DNA of 64,000 nucleotides from Amoebophrya sp. A120 (GCA_905178155.1 CAJINV010000002.1:558376-622375), one strand, 5' to 3'. Shown: positions 1-13,765, counted from the stretch's first letter. The notes: generated from the sequence alone by a model not told the origin. Numbers and translations: made by a program.

Positions 1-1367
1 TGGCCAAGAAATCCTCGCACGAGTCGTTCACCAACTTCACGTAGGTGGTGTCCAGCACCTTCTGGAGTTCCGGAAACTCGAGCAACCTGATGAGTAAGTA
101 GTTCCAATTTGTCATGCGCGTCTGTGAAAAGCTCTGTGATTTGTCATGCGTTTTTGTCTATGATAATGGTAATTTTTTGTCAACATGAAGACCGATTATG
201 CCAGGAGATACGCAACACAAAATAAAATAATTCTACACACTATACCAGGTCTTGATGCAATCCAACGTCTTGAACACGGGCTTCGGCACTTTTTTAACGG
301 CGCCCACCTTCGCGACGTCCTGCAGCTCCCCTTCCTCCGCGGTTTCAAAATCAACCACCTGCTCCGTGCCGGTCCTGACGGAGCCGTCGGAGTTGTAGGA
401 ACGCTTGCAGCGGCAAACCTCGATAATCTGCTTGAGGACCATCATGGCCAGCTCCTCGTGGTACTCCTTCAACGGAAATTCCGCTGCCTTGGATTCGAAC
501 GAAGAGTGGATCTTGTACAAAACTGGCCAGGACTGGGAGTTCCCGATCAAGGTCTCCCCACGCTCGAGGACCAGGGTCATCGTCGTGCTGTCCCACTGCT
601 CAGCCTCCTCGGCGTATGCGAAGCAAATCAATTTTTTTCAGTGTTGTATCTCATCTGTCTTGCGAGTTTCACTTTCGTTTTGTTTTGGCTACGAAGTCGC
701 GCTGCAATAAAAGATCGGGAACGCAGGTCTTTTTTTTTCTGAATATGCAAGTATGGCGACCTGCCTTGTACGAAATCACGCAGCCCCCCAATGAATAGAA
801 ACTACAACGCCTGAAATCTTTTTTTGCATGTCATAGCACACTGAGAATCTCGAACGCATTCAGCCAGGCACCACAGTTCAGCGCCTCCATCAACAAGGTC
901 GCCTTCCGCACAAGTATGCAGGGGGTGAAAAAACAAAAGCACCTATACGAAAAATATGACAGCCGCCAACTCACATGTGAACACCGGCAGAGCATTACAA
1001 ATATAATCTGCATGACATAGAGCATAGAAATGTGGGCGATGTCATACTTCTCAATGTAGATGCTTTTCAAAAGACATCGCATACTTGACTCCGAGACGTC
1101 GGTGCCCAGAGCCCCGAACAGGTTTACGGCCTCACGCAGATTGCCCATGTCGGCGGACTCGTTGATCCAGTCCCGCTTGATATTGGACAAGTTGTACGAC
1201 TTCTTGCGCACAACCGCCCGCGCCTCCTGTTTCACATCCGTGTCGACTTTGTATCCCGGCAGCCCGCAGTCCAGAGCGAACTTGTCCGTGGTCGGGGTAG
1301 TGCCGTGGCGCTTCAGCTTGTTCTTCCCCCCGGCATTTCCAGTGCCGGCGTTGTTTCGCTTCGACAT
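1..1367 (-). CDS. Multi-exon hypothetical protein inside the giant element (3' end outside window)
   Basis: GC3-rich exons at about 1367-1020, 925-840, 620-245 and 105-1, separated by short AT-rich introns. No recognisable domain. Confidence 0.55.
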
Positions 1368-2756
1368 CTGCTAGTGCTGGATTTGTGGAAGAGGAGATGG
1401 TCTGGCAGTACGAAGCCAAGGCTGTTGCGCAGGAGAGGTTCAAACTCGGCGACCCGCGAAAGACTTCGGTGAGAGCGGCCGGTGTGCTATAGTTGCTGAT
1501 CAATGCGAGAGAAGAAACTGAAGGCCCAGGCGAAGATAGACGCTCGCAGACCGTCGCGGTTCTTTGATTGATGGTTCTGCTTTGAGTAGTAGTCCTTGCT
1601 TGCAGTCCCGCTATCGAGACTCCTACGCTGCACTACTATGCTTACCAGGACACTGGGTTTTCAACTCTGTCAAACAAGATTGATTTTACACGGAGCGGTT
1701 TTGGGGTCTTTCTGAAATTCGAAACCGAAACACCTTGCGACTTTTCTATAAGCAAGCACACTGCTGATTGCACTTAAGTCTTCGACTCGGTCCGAGAACT
1801 AGTCTTCTCTACTTTGTTTGCGATTTTGCGTGTGCCGTTTTTCGTCCCTCACAGGTACCGAGCGATCTCGCCTGAGTAGTTACTTAGTAATGCTTTGTTT
1901 GGCAAAGATATGCGACTCCTCACTACCGTTGCAAAACCTCTACAGTATATGTGCGCACGGATACTGGGGGTGGGGGCTGATGCCGAGAGTCGTCTCAGTG
2001 ATAGCGTGAACCTGCTGGCGTGGGAATAGAGCCGCTTGCCTTGATGTGAATGTGATGCTTCAAAATTATAAAGCACGAAGAAATCTGAGGGCCCGGCGAA
2101 GCCGGGGAAATACAGATAACAGGAGCAATGAATGCCCGAAACCAAAATAGCCCGCCACTGGAACATCGCGACTGGCAGAAAAAAACATCTACACAGACTG
2201 CATTTCTCGCTCGCTTTGCACGGAAGCTGCGTTGATATTCCAGAAAAAACTGGGCCCGAACTCCACAAGAAAAAAACACCGATAAAACGGCTGAATCAGG
2301 AGAGGGGGCCCTCGGGGGCTACTAGCAGGCCAACGAAGTCAAAAAAAAAAAGCGGGCTACCGACAAATACACATGAAGGCAATTTCTAGACGAGCTTTGC
2401 GCTTTTCCGTTTTACGCTAAGTGGCTAGGCCTGCGGGGGCCGAGAAATATTTGGCCCGGGGGGCTGTAAACTCGGGAGCCGGGCCTCGCCCGGCTCCCGG
2501 GTTTTAAAAAGCTGCCACGCGCGGAATTTATACTGCAAATCCGAGAGGCGGGCGGAGCCCGCCTCCCCGATTTTTTTTTTGCGCCCCCGCTTCCACCGAG
2601 GGCGGAAGGCAAAAAGAAAATCCCCAATACGGCCCACAGACCGGGGGCGGGCTACGCCCGCCCCCGCCCACTTTTTTTTCGGCTGGCCTCATACTCAGCC
2701 CTGTTCGAGCCGGATTCTGCAGGCAATCCCACCCCAGCCTCGGTTTCCAGAGAGGA

Positions 2757-2925
2757 TCAACCGCCCACCCAGATTTCAAACGGAAATCGAGGACCGGGCC
2801 CAATTTCAAACGGCAATCAAGGACCGCCTCCAATTTCAAACGGAAATCAAGACCCTCGGACGAATTCAAACGAAAATCAAGGATCTGGGACGAATTCAAA
2901 CGGAAATCAAGAATCGGTCCGAATT
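2757..2925. repeat. 30-bp period tandem array (about 5.5 units)
   Basis: Conserved aatttcaaacggaaatcaag core plus about 10 variable nt, period 30. Lies next to a GC-rich tract (2420-2750). Confidence 0.9.
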
Positions 2926-2942
2926 AGGTCTGATTTGGTCAC

Positions 2943-5900
2943 TATCTTAGTAATTTGTCTTGACCTTTTTATGATTTTTTTTGATCAGACCCCAAAACAT
3001 CTATTTGTCTTGCTTCTCATCTGTTGGCGAGGTTTCGTCGTTACTGGCAGTTCTGCTACCTCGTTCGTGGTTGAGAGGCTAGCTCTCGTGCGTGTGCAGT
3101 TGGTTCTGTTCAGAAAGCAGGTAGCAGCCAGGGGGGGCAGAGGGTTTTTACCGCACAGCGCTACTAGTGCCGCCGATGGAAAGATACCGCATCTCCTCCA
3201 GTGGGACCTCGCAACCCGCGACGACTTCTTCTTTCTGCTCGGCATCGAGCGGAGCGCCACACATACCCGCAGCGATGTCCAGAACGTTCTTTACCATTTT
3301 GTCGTAGTCCTCCTGCAATGCTATCATGTGGAAAATTTGCGCACTCCACCTATCAGGGTTGGGCTTTGTCATCTCGAGTAAAATCTACTATGATGCACTA
3401 CAGCGTTGGTCCCAATACATGACGTGACACAAGGGAGGGTCTGGCCCCGCATAGATACAACTCACATGCGCACAGAACACCTACTTCCCCACCCCCTGAT
3501 AGGAGTGCTCTTTCTCTCTTCACCCCACGCATACCCCGCTTCAGCATGTCCTCCTTGGCCCGATACCGCTGGTCCCATCCATATCGCGTCGAGTGGCGGA
3601 GAATCCAAGCCTGCATGTGCGCCCACGCAACCAAGAGCACCGTCACCCAGTGCCGGTCAACAACATCGCCCTCTGTGTAGCCAAGACGATGGACACCGCT
3701 GGACACAGTGACGAAACTTCGGAAAACTCGGTGGGCGGCAATTATTTTGTAAAGCGCCTTGGTTCTTCCGAGCGCCGAACAGGTTAGGGACTGCTTCAGG
3801 CCGGCTTTTTTCGTGTGGATGGATGTGCCATCCTGTATCTTCCATTCCCCGGGCGGTAAGTGCGCTTCCGCCCACTCACCGACCTCGTCCGTGACGGCGC
3901 GCCGCATGCGGTTAAGCTGCTTCGCCTGGGCGTCTGAAAGAACGAGGTACGCAGTTCCGGCGGATTTTGTTCCGGCAGAAACGCCCCCACCCTGCTCCGC
4001 GTCTTTGGCTGTCTTGTTACTAGTTGCCACAGGGTGTGGCCCGGTTGGTTTCGCCTTTTTCTGTTGGAAAATTTGCTTGTTCCGACCAACCACGCCGGTG
4101 GGCGAGGCGTGGTTATCAGTTGCCACGTCGACCTTTCGCTTCTTTGTGCCAGGATTTGCCTCGGCTACGCTGCTGTTGTTTGCCGAAGATGAAGAGGAAG
4201 ATGAAGAACCGGCGGCGGACGAAAACATCTGGAACTGGTCACCCTGGACTCGCACAGCAACACGAAGCCCCCTCTCGCCCGGCACTAAACCACCCTCCTC
4301 CGGCACTGCAGAATCTAAAATTTCTGCATCCTCTGCCATGCCTCCAGTTGCACCCCCTCCACCAGAGAGCATGCTCGTCGCAGCCTCTAGCAGGTACTTG
4401 TCGAGAAGGTGAGGAGAGTCCGGATGGCGCTCCAGTGGTGCTTTCGTGGGTTCCTCAGCTTCTTCCGGTGCTGTTCCGCGGGTAATCGGAGCCTCGGTGG
4501 GGAGCCAACGCTGCGCGGCCACATCGCGCCGCGCGCCGAGAATTGCATACGCGGCCCCGCGGTACGCGTCACTGAAGTCAAACTCCGAGTAGAAGTACCG
4601 GTCTGCCAACTCGCCAGCGCCGGAAGCAATCAACCCGCCCGCACCGTCTGCGGCGAGGCGCATACCAACAAACTTTTTTGGTCGATTCAGAACCCAACAG
4701 ACCAAGAGATGCTCCGTGCTCCCATCTTCAAGCTCAATCTTCACCAGGAGGTGGGTGCTGTCCTTCATCTGATCGCGCACGGCTTCGACTTCGAAATCGG
4801 CAAGACCGGCCAGAAGATGATCGGCGCCAGCCGCCTCTCCGCCCGGAGCGGCTTCTTGTTCCTCCCGGCCGATTTCCCCGAGTTCCCCCGCTGTTACGAA
4901 TGCTTCGTGGATTGTGGTGGCGCCCGCCAGGCTGCATACGTCCTTCACTATTTGCAGTGGCTCAACCCGCCACATATCCACCGTCCCGAGGGCGAACTGC
5001 TGCTCCGATGGAACACACAAGCGGCTGCGCTCGGTAGCCTGCCGCCCGCGCCACGTGCCAACACCGTTCCAGTTTTCCACGATGCTGCTGCGGATGTTCT
5101 CGTAGTACTTCTTCTCCACTAGGAGTGCCCGCTTTTGCTTTTCTTTTACTTCCCTCTGCGCCAGATACTCGGCCTCGAACCGCTCCAACTTCTCCTCTAG
5201 TTCTTTCTCCGCTCCGATATTGAACTCGCGCGCCGCCACGACGTACGTCTCCCAGATTTCCGGCCCGAGAACTTCCTCTGAGGCATCTCGGTTTGCGTCC
5301 CCGATGCTCATGCCGGGTAAATCGCCAAACCCGGTCATGAGGTCGGCGCGCGCGAACTCCGCGGGTACTTTGTGTCTGCACGTCTCGTAGCGCCAGTCCT
5401 GGTTTTCAAAAGCATCAAGTTCTGCGAGCGCGTCATCCCGTGCGCAAATCTGCTTCGAAAGCAGGCGGCCTACGTTCTTGGTATCAATCGCGACGATCCC
5501 GGACGGCGCGTTTTTGTCCTGCGAGCGCTGCAGCGTAGCATGCCGGCGCTCTATCAGAAGCGTATTTCGCGGCACGTGTTTCACGAGTGCAGCGAGCTCT
5601 CGCACAAACTCCACCGCGCTGCCAAATGGCAAAACATTTTTCCCCACCACTCCCGCGGCCGGTAGGTGCTGCTGCCCCTGGTACTGTCGGCAGGCCTTCT
5701 GGATCTGGGCGAGAGTGATCGTGGCTGGGTTTCCGCTTTCTACTGTGACATCCCTGTTGCAAAATTGTTCCAAAAAGGCGCCCTGTGCTTCCGCTCCTTC
5801 CTTTCGGTCGAACTCCGCCAGCCAGTCGAGGTGCTTGTGGTACGGGTTCTGGGTATGCAGCTCGAACGCAATGCTACTGCTTTTTGATAGAAAATATTGA

Positions 5901-8900
5901 TCGCTACTTGTCATACAAATCGCGACCTGAAAAGAGACGGAGAGACGGGCGGCCACGCAAGAATAGAAGACGAAAGCCGACGCTTTTATATGAGCAAGAC
6001 AACTACCAATTCTCCCGCTAGCACTTGCGGTTCTAGCACTGTGCAACTACGCATGACGCACTTCGTCTTCTCTTGCTTTTAATCCGCACCGGAGCTAACA
6101 TTAGAGCCTCCCGCTTACTCCCGCATGACAAATGCAAACTTGTGTCCTTTTGTCTGACATGCAAACTGGCAAAGGCAAATTTGTCTTGCATGAAGAGCGG
6201 CGTGATCTTCATGCGACCACTCCTCCCCACGCAAGACAAACGCTCAACTACGCAGGCAGCTAGCATCTAAATCTCCGTTCATAACGCACCACCCGCCCGT
6301 AAAACGCCGCAGCAAGTATCTCCAGGCCGTTCAGAGCCGCGGTAGAATGTTTTGCCGCGGTAGCAGGATCGACCGGCCCGAGCAAGCTCATTAAAGACCG
6401 CAGGCTGTCCGCGCGGAGGATGTGGCGAAGCTCGTCGACGCCCTTGTAGAACTGCTCGTGCGCCGTGTGGTCGCCCCCCATCGCATTTTCATGCTTCGCG
6501 ACATGGCCCTCGTATCGCTCGATGGGGCGGGTCAGCAAACTTACCACCATCATCGTGCAATCGACCCGGACCTTACTCCACTCCTTTCCCTCGAGGTGGA
6601 GGCGGGTCTTCTTGTCCAGCAGGCCCAAAATGTCCGCTACGACAACACGGGAAAGATCATCGCCACACCGGATCCACCTGCTGAAGGAGATGGGGCGTAT
6701 TCCCCGCGTTAGCTGTTGGAGGTTTCCGATGATTGCGTTCTTCGCTTCGGCGGGTGATCGGTACGCGCCCAGCTCCTCGTCCGTCAACACGAATGTCAGG
6801 ATGGTCTTGCCCTTCACACGCGATATGCTCATCTTGTAGAGGATGCTCGACAGACGCTTATCTTTTGCTGTAGCGGTTTTTGCTGCTTGTACTCGTTCCG
6901 CGCCATACGGCGTCCCCTCCAGATACGTCCGAAACGCCCGCGTTTGCCATGTCATAGCGCCTCCGCCCGCAGCTGATTCTTCCAACAAGGCGAACCGGTC
7001 CGGGCCAGTCGGGACGACAACGCGCGACGGGAGGTCCGACATCATGCCCGTCTGCGTCGTCAGCTGCTGCTTCCCGATCACCTTGCACGCGCCCCAAGTT
7101 TTCCTCTCCCACTTCGTCGGGTCGATGTCGTTCTCCAGCAGATAGGCATTGGCGCCCTCCTCCAGCGCCGTCCCGGCGTCGTGCTCCTCGCAGTGACTCG
7201 AGACTGTTACTAGGTGGGCCCCCGGCGTTTGGCGAAAAATATCTTTCTCCTCCAGCACTGCCATGCCGGTGGCCTTGTGCGTCAAAACCATGTCCGGCCC
7301 TCGATCAGAGCTCGTGTTGATTACTAGAAGCGGAGGTAGTTGCTTTTGTTGTGCTGTCGCTACGACACTTTTCAGATCACGCATGACAATGTCTGCGTTT
7401 TTCTGGGACGGAATTCTTGTATCGGTGAGAAGTTGCTCGAGGCCGGTCCCGCCTGCTGCTGCTTCTGCGATTTTTGTTACCTTTTTGCTCGGCAGGAGGA
7501 TCGTCGACGTCGGCACAACTACTTCATGAAGATTCTCGCCCGCGTACCACTTCACTGCCATGTGCGTCACCATCCACTTCGCCGCTTGGTCGACGAGAGT
7601 CTGCCGCCCGCCGCCAAGTATGTCCATCGACAATTTCGTTCCGCATGGGGTCGCGTCGCTCATGTGGGTCAGCAGAACACTTCGCGTTCCCGGGTCGGCA
7701 ATTATCTGTGCCGCGAGGGTTTCCCCGGCTTCTTTTGCAAGAAGTGATGCTTTATCAAAATGAGCATCTTCTCGCGGACCTCCAGTCAGAAACGGGTCTA
7801 GCGTTCTCGCCAATGTTGCGCTGACCCCAGCCAGGTCCACTTGCTCTGGAGACGGTGAACGCTCGCGAGGACCTCCTGAATCGGTGGCAGGAGGAGGAGA
7901 ACTGGGCTGCCCGTCACCGTCGTCGCCATCTACTACTAGTACGTCTTCCCCAGCGTGAAGCCCCCCGTCGTCCATCCACAATGCCCCGGATTCAATCGCG
8001 GCCAAGGCAGTGTCGGAAACATTTGCGGCCGGTACCTCCGGCTCTGCGGCCCCAACGTCGGCACGTATGCGTTACAAAAAATAGCCAGCAGAGATGCCTC
8101 CTCGAACAATCCTTTTCGTATTTTCATGACCAACATTTTGCACCTCCTTTGCGCTCGATCTGAAAGCACAATTCGCGGAGGGGAACATGCGCCCTTAAGG
8201 TGTTTGTCATGCGAATTTTGAAAAGGATAGGACAGGAGCAGTCATCACTGCCGGAACATTTGACACAAACATAAATTCCTCGCGAGGTTGGCAATCGTGG
8301 TTGCCGCTGGTTTCATTTGCGATGCTGCTGCTGCCCCAAAGATCGTCAACGGCTGCGAGCCCATCGAACGCGAAGTAGTCCCCTTGTGCCTCAGCAAGGT
8401 AGGCGTCCACTCCACGTAAAGCCATTCGGGGCGGAACGGGCGAACTGGTTACCTCTGAGAGCGATGTGTGGCGGCACGGCCTCAGATTGTCGTCGTCCGA
8501 AATTTTCAACACCAGGCCGGAGCAGCCGACTGCTTACACTGGTCACGCGGGGCCAGGAGGTCTAGTAGTGCCGACCGTTTTATTCGTTCTTGCAGGATGT
8601 GCGTTCGAAGAGAAACTTGGGACACAGTTATCTCTTCCATCACTTCACCGTCGGCGCCATCGTTGGGTGTTGGTTTGCCTTCGTCAACGAAATCGAGCGT
8701 GCGACAGCGCACTGGCGGTAAGTTCAAATTTTCCACAGAAGCGAAAAAAAACTGCTCTATGGATTTCGTCGTCTATGAAGAGTTGCTGCGCCGTGCCACG
8801 TTGTGGCCTCACTAGACCGGAAAAGAACGAAGGACCGACCTCGTAGAGTCTCCTTCTCGTCGTTCTTGAGATGTTTGTCGTTATGCCTGTAAAGTCAGTT

Positions 8901-9564
8901 TATTGAGAAACGGCACAAGAAAGTGGAAGTGCCTACTTTCGTTTTTGAGGCTACTTTTGCACTTTGCTTGATCGAACGCTACTCATACTCAGCTCAATGG
9001 ATCCTGAAAATTTTTGGTCGGTGTGACGACTTGCGCAATAATATGTCTTGCAGCTTGTTTTGCGTGTTACGCTCAAGGCAGCATGATCGAAGCGAGCTAC
9101 TACATCAGAGTGGCACATCTCGACATAAGGCAATCTGGATCGACATCTTCACGACGAGACACGACAGAGAGGGGCAACAGCGTGCTCCTCCTGCGCTCCA
9201 CACTTACACTCAGCTCGAGCAACGATTTGACGTGTTTGCAATGCGCTCAATGAATAAGAACTAAGATGAACGAATGTAGCGACATCGTTCACAGACAATC
9301 CGAGATAGGATGCGATGGGAGGTGGCAATGTAAGAAGGAAAAAGGACACTATGTACGACAGGAAGACAAAAAGCGGAGGCAATCAATGCGCAAGCAAAGC
9401 CCACTACTGGCAGAAACGAAAGGATGTCCGTAAAGGCCGAAAAACGAAATAAGCACAAAACAGCATAGGAGTCGGGAGCAGAGGCGGGTGTGAAGCAGGG
9501 ACGCAATAAAGCCGCCGGGAAACAAAGAGCTGGAAAGCGAAATAAAGCGGCGGACTACAACATA
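2943..9564 (-). mobile_element. Possible nested 6.6-kb TAT...ATA transposon carrying transposase B
   Basis: gtcac|TATcttagtaatt ... gactacaacATA|gtgac brackets the gene. The TIR is degenerate. Confidence 0.35.
3148..8736 (-). CDS. Transposase B: spliced hAT-like DDE transposase (5' exons uncertain)
   Basis: Motifs in hAT order: HMSDATP (D1), SSDRGPD (D2), HCEEH (CxxH) and FSRW in ORF 6260-8005, then VPRNTLLIERRH (E) in ORF 3398-6046. NLS-like PGTKKRKV. Last exon 3372-3148. Confidence 0.7.
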
Positions 9565-9796
9565 GTGACTAAGAAAAGGCGGCGCGACTCATGGAGATAA
9601 ACTCTACGACAGACGGACGGAAAACCGAAAAAATGGAAGCTACTAGTCCGGACATCAAGGGGAGGAAGGAGTCGCACTTTCTTGAGATACAAGCTGCAAG
9701 CCGAGCACTTCGCCACACCAAAAAGTGTAAATTTCGGAATTTTTGAAATTCGTTTGAAATGCTTAATTATTGCATTTAGCGCCGCGTGCTTCTGCG

Positions 9797-12700
9797 TTAA
9801 TTGTTCTTGTGCATGACAAACGCGATGTACCGGGCTGGGTGGCGACCACCTGCTTCGTTGCGGTCCTTGCGGTCCACCTTAGCCTCACCGTCGTCGTTCT
9901 TCTGCCGCTTGTTGCCATCGAGCTCCTCCTCGATCTCATCAATGGACTTGTACGCGAAGCCCTTCTTTTTCCGCAACCGCTCCTCCGCCAAGTGGTACCA
10001 CATGACCCAGTTGTGCTCCGAGAGGCAGACATCCTTGAACAACTGCGCCTGCTCATCGTACGACAACTTTTCGAACTCGCGCATGGTGAAACGGGACGTC
10101 TCGTACGACATGTGGTTGACCCACCACAACTTCTCATCCGGCATCAGCGACTCATATGCGAGCGCGGTGATATCCAAAGCGGAGTACAACGTGGCGTCCT
10201 TCAAATCGAACTGCACCTCACCGGTCTCGTCGCATATGAAAAAGCAAAACTTGCTCCGTCATTATTGCATTTGCGTTTCTACTACAGCTCGTTTTTAAAT
10301 TGTCATGCGTTTTTAAATTTTTAGAACCACAAATGCAATGATGACGAAGCACGTTTTGCAAGGGTATCGCAGGCGTTCAAGTCAATCGCGGAGGTGTAGA
10401 AGTCGCAGTCGGTCAAGAGCATGGCGTGGAAGTGGCAGTCTTTCCACATCGGCGGGTACCGGAAAGTAGACGCCGGAATCAGGACCTTCTCGATCGTGTG
10501 CTTTTGGTCGGCCTCCGTCGGTAACAGCGTGTTCAACTCTTTGGCCACCTCGGTGTCGGATTTCGGCATGGGGGCAACTGCGGCCAAATCGGTGTAGGAA
10601 ACGACGCCGTTGTCGTAGTGGCAGATCTGGACCGGGCAGTTGCTGATGCAGTGATGCACCACGACCGGAATACCCTGATCCAGCCGCTGCTTGACCTTCA
10701 TCATGTTGTTAACCCGGGCGGACAGGGCGCGGCGCATGGCCCAACTGGTCGGTCCGAAGTTCAAGCAAGCCAGCAGCTCCGCACCCCGCATACCGACGTT
10801 ATCGGCCATCTTCGCCGGTCCTTGGTTGCGGAACTTAGTGGGCAAGGACATGCACAGCTCCGTATCGTAGATTTCCGGCGCGCGGAGCATGGAGGTCATC
10901 TTCTTCACGCCGGCTCGCAAAGTACCAGTACAGTGGTTCTCCACGCGCACAGCAAGGTCCAGGCGGGCGGACTGCACGTCGTCCTCGGTGATCATGTTCA
11001 GCGACTCTTCGGCGTCCGCGGGGAACACGGCGTACTCGATAGCGGAGGCCTTGAACGTGGGCACTCGCCCGTCGCGATCACCCTTCAAAAAGCGCTCTCT
11101 CTGCATGGAGAAAAACGAACCCGCGCAGTTGATCCGCTTGTCGTTCTGCACGTGACGTTCCGCATGCGGCTGTTCTTGTTGCATCTCGCACAACGGAGTG
11201 TTGGCTAACTTCTGAGCCACGTATTGTTTCACCGAGTCGATTTTGCCTTGGTTGAGGAGGATGGCCTGCGACCGCGAGAATTTGCCGGGTTCGTAGCTCA
11301 GCTGATCGAACGCACAATCCAGCATCCCCTCCCACAAACCGAGCTCAGTCGGAAACTCCTCTTTTTGGGAGACGCAGAGGGTTTCGAAGAACCCATACTG
11401 CGGATCAGCCAACTCAAACAAGTAGCGGCTAATGGTTTGAAACAGCTGCTTCTGACCCTCCAAAATTCCGACTTTGCCGTGCCGGCCAGAAGCCTGCTGG
11501 ATGCAGTGCAGCGCGCGCTTCGCGATGGCGTACTTAGCCTGGGCCTGCTTGATTTGGATGAGCTCGCAGGTCGGAGCAGGACTGCCCGTTGTGAAGGGGT
11601 GCAACAACACGTCCGTCATGCGCTCAGCAACGTCCTGCGGCAGCGGTTCACCAGGCCCGATTTTGACCAAGTTCATCAACATCTTGCACTTGGAGTGGCC
11701 GAATTCGGACATCTCGATCACGCAGGTGGTCATGCCCGGCTTCAGCTCGGTCTGTATCAAGCGCTGCAACTCCCGCGGATCCGAGCCGAAATACGCGTCA
11801 TCCTCCTCGTCGGACTCGAGGCCGTCATCGTCAGCGTCGGGATGGAGAGCGGCCTGCGCATTGGCGTTCACGACCAAGGGGCGCACTTCGTACAAGTACA
11901 TCAAGAGCCGCCACTTCCACTGATCCAAGAGCAAGGCCGTGTACAAGTCGCCGCACCAGCGCGTGTCGACGCCGCCTTGGATGGGCAGACCTTTTTTTGA
12001 TGAAGAAATCAATAGATTTTAGGTGGTGGAAGGAGAAAAATTTGCATTTTTTGATGCCGCGACTCAGCAGAGGTTTCTAAGTGAAAACTTAGACCTCTCA
12101 ATTTACCTCTATCTGAACGCCAATTACTCAGTGTGATTAAGAGGTTTACTCCGAGGTTCATTGGGAGGTCTCTAGAGAGGTCCCCAAATGCCTTCCGCCG
12201 ATGGTATGATGAAAAACAAAGCATACCATCGTGAATCAATCAAAAATAACAACTTATACGTTCTTTCAGCATGTCGATCATGGTCAAGTTGTGGGTTGAG
12301 CGCCCGGCTTTGGCCTCCTGCATGCAGTACTCCATGAACGCCTTCTGCAAAAACGGGTTGTCCGGCATGTTTTCCAACGCGTTCAGCATCTTCTCCAGCA
12401 AGCGGACACGGGCGTCAAAAAGGTCACCCATGTTGGTGCGCTTCCCAAAGGGGCCTCTCATCAGCGCTTTAATAGCGCGCCGGATCTTCTCGATCCCCGT
12501 GTACTTGGACTTCGCCGTGTTACTGTCCCTGTGACAGGGGCCTGGGGTGAACGTGATGCACACCAGCTCGCACAACTGCTGCCAAGCAGCCATTTCCCAC
12601 GATGCCTGATCGGTCATGAGGTTGACAACAAGGTTGTCTCCCTCTTCCCAATCGGCGCCATCGTCGTCCTGCGCGACCCACTCAGCGAAACCTTCCGCAC

Positions 12701-13765
12701 CCATGATGGCACACAAGTACTCGAGCGCTTTCTCGGCGGATTGGCGCGAGGCCTTCTTGTCTTTCGAGTCCTGCGTGGACATGGTCATCTTCTTGTCAGC
12801 CGCATTGATCTGCACGGGCCACGTGGTCATCTCGAGCGCTTCGCCACCCAAGAAAAGCGGATAATCTTCTTGATTGAAGGTCTGTTTTAAATTTTAGCTT
12901 TTGATATTTAGACTTCGATAAATACATGACTTCATTAAAATTTGTCATGCTGTGATCAAAACAAAAGTAAAAAGTACGTTCACGAGGGTGGTGCTCCGTT
13001 TCCGGCGCTTAGTGTCATCATGGGCCAAGGTGAAGAACGCATTGCGCCGGCGCTGCTCGGACGCCATGCCGGTAATGCGGAGCCAGCGGTCATCAAAAAG
13101 TCCACGCGAGCGAGACATCATAGCCATGCAGCGACGCAGGATCCAGGCCTGTGCTCAGAAGTTGATGATCATATGAGATGACATACATCGCCACGCTCGC
13201 ATCACAAATGAAATTCTAAAACTAACAACAGAGCTTCGTGGTACCAGTTGATGGCTTTCGGGCGCCAGGTTGACACGCTTCTTGCCGCTATCGACGACGG
13301 CGTCGATCTTGGCGGCCACCGCGGTGATCAACGTGTCGACCTCGTTGCCCACCCAGACGTCCGGAAACTTGACCATGCCCATACCATTCTGGTCGAAAAT
13401 CTTGCGCCAGTGCACGCGGTTCTCATTCTCGACGATGTCCCACGCAATGAAGGTTACCTGCGTTTTTAAAAGTATGAATATGAAAATTGGTGTGCTTCGA
13501 GCGCATGACGACAAGAATAAAACGACTATCTGCATGACAAAAAAATCAATACCGCCTTCTGGACAGTGCGCGTCGCCGTGATGCGACCACAGTCGGAGAT
13601 GCCGAGCTCGGCCAACGCATTGCGACACACTGCCACGCTGCGCTGGAAGTTCGTCGGCTGAGTGGTGTGCTGACGGAGATTGACACATCCTTCATTATCG
13701 GAGCGAGTAAGTGGATTGATAAAACGTTTTTGCGTGCCAGCGTTCATCGCTAGCTGCCACGACAT
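9797..13765 (-). CDS. Transposase A: spliced hAT-like transposase-fold protein, catalytic E apparently replaced by Q
   Basis: Exons at about 13765-13557, 13458-13245, 13149-12977, 12881-12259, 11991-10355 and 10228-9797, mostly joined by GT-AG introns. Motifs TLAHDDTK, LMTDQAS, GPCH, VDTRW and SNCPVQICH. Confidence 0.65.

Noticed and set aside
2757-2925. CRISPR-like array
   Set aside because: Spacers are only about 10 nt and mutually similar; there are no cas genes and the context is eukaryotic.
2940-9567. CACTA...TAGTG termini suggesting an EnSpm/CACTA element
   Set aside because: No 2-3 bp TSD (ggt vs act), and the enclosed protein has hAT-like rather than Tnp2 motifs.
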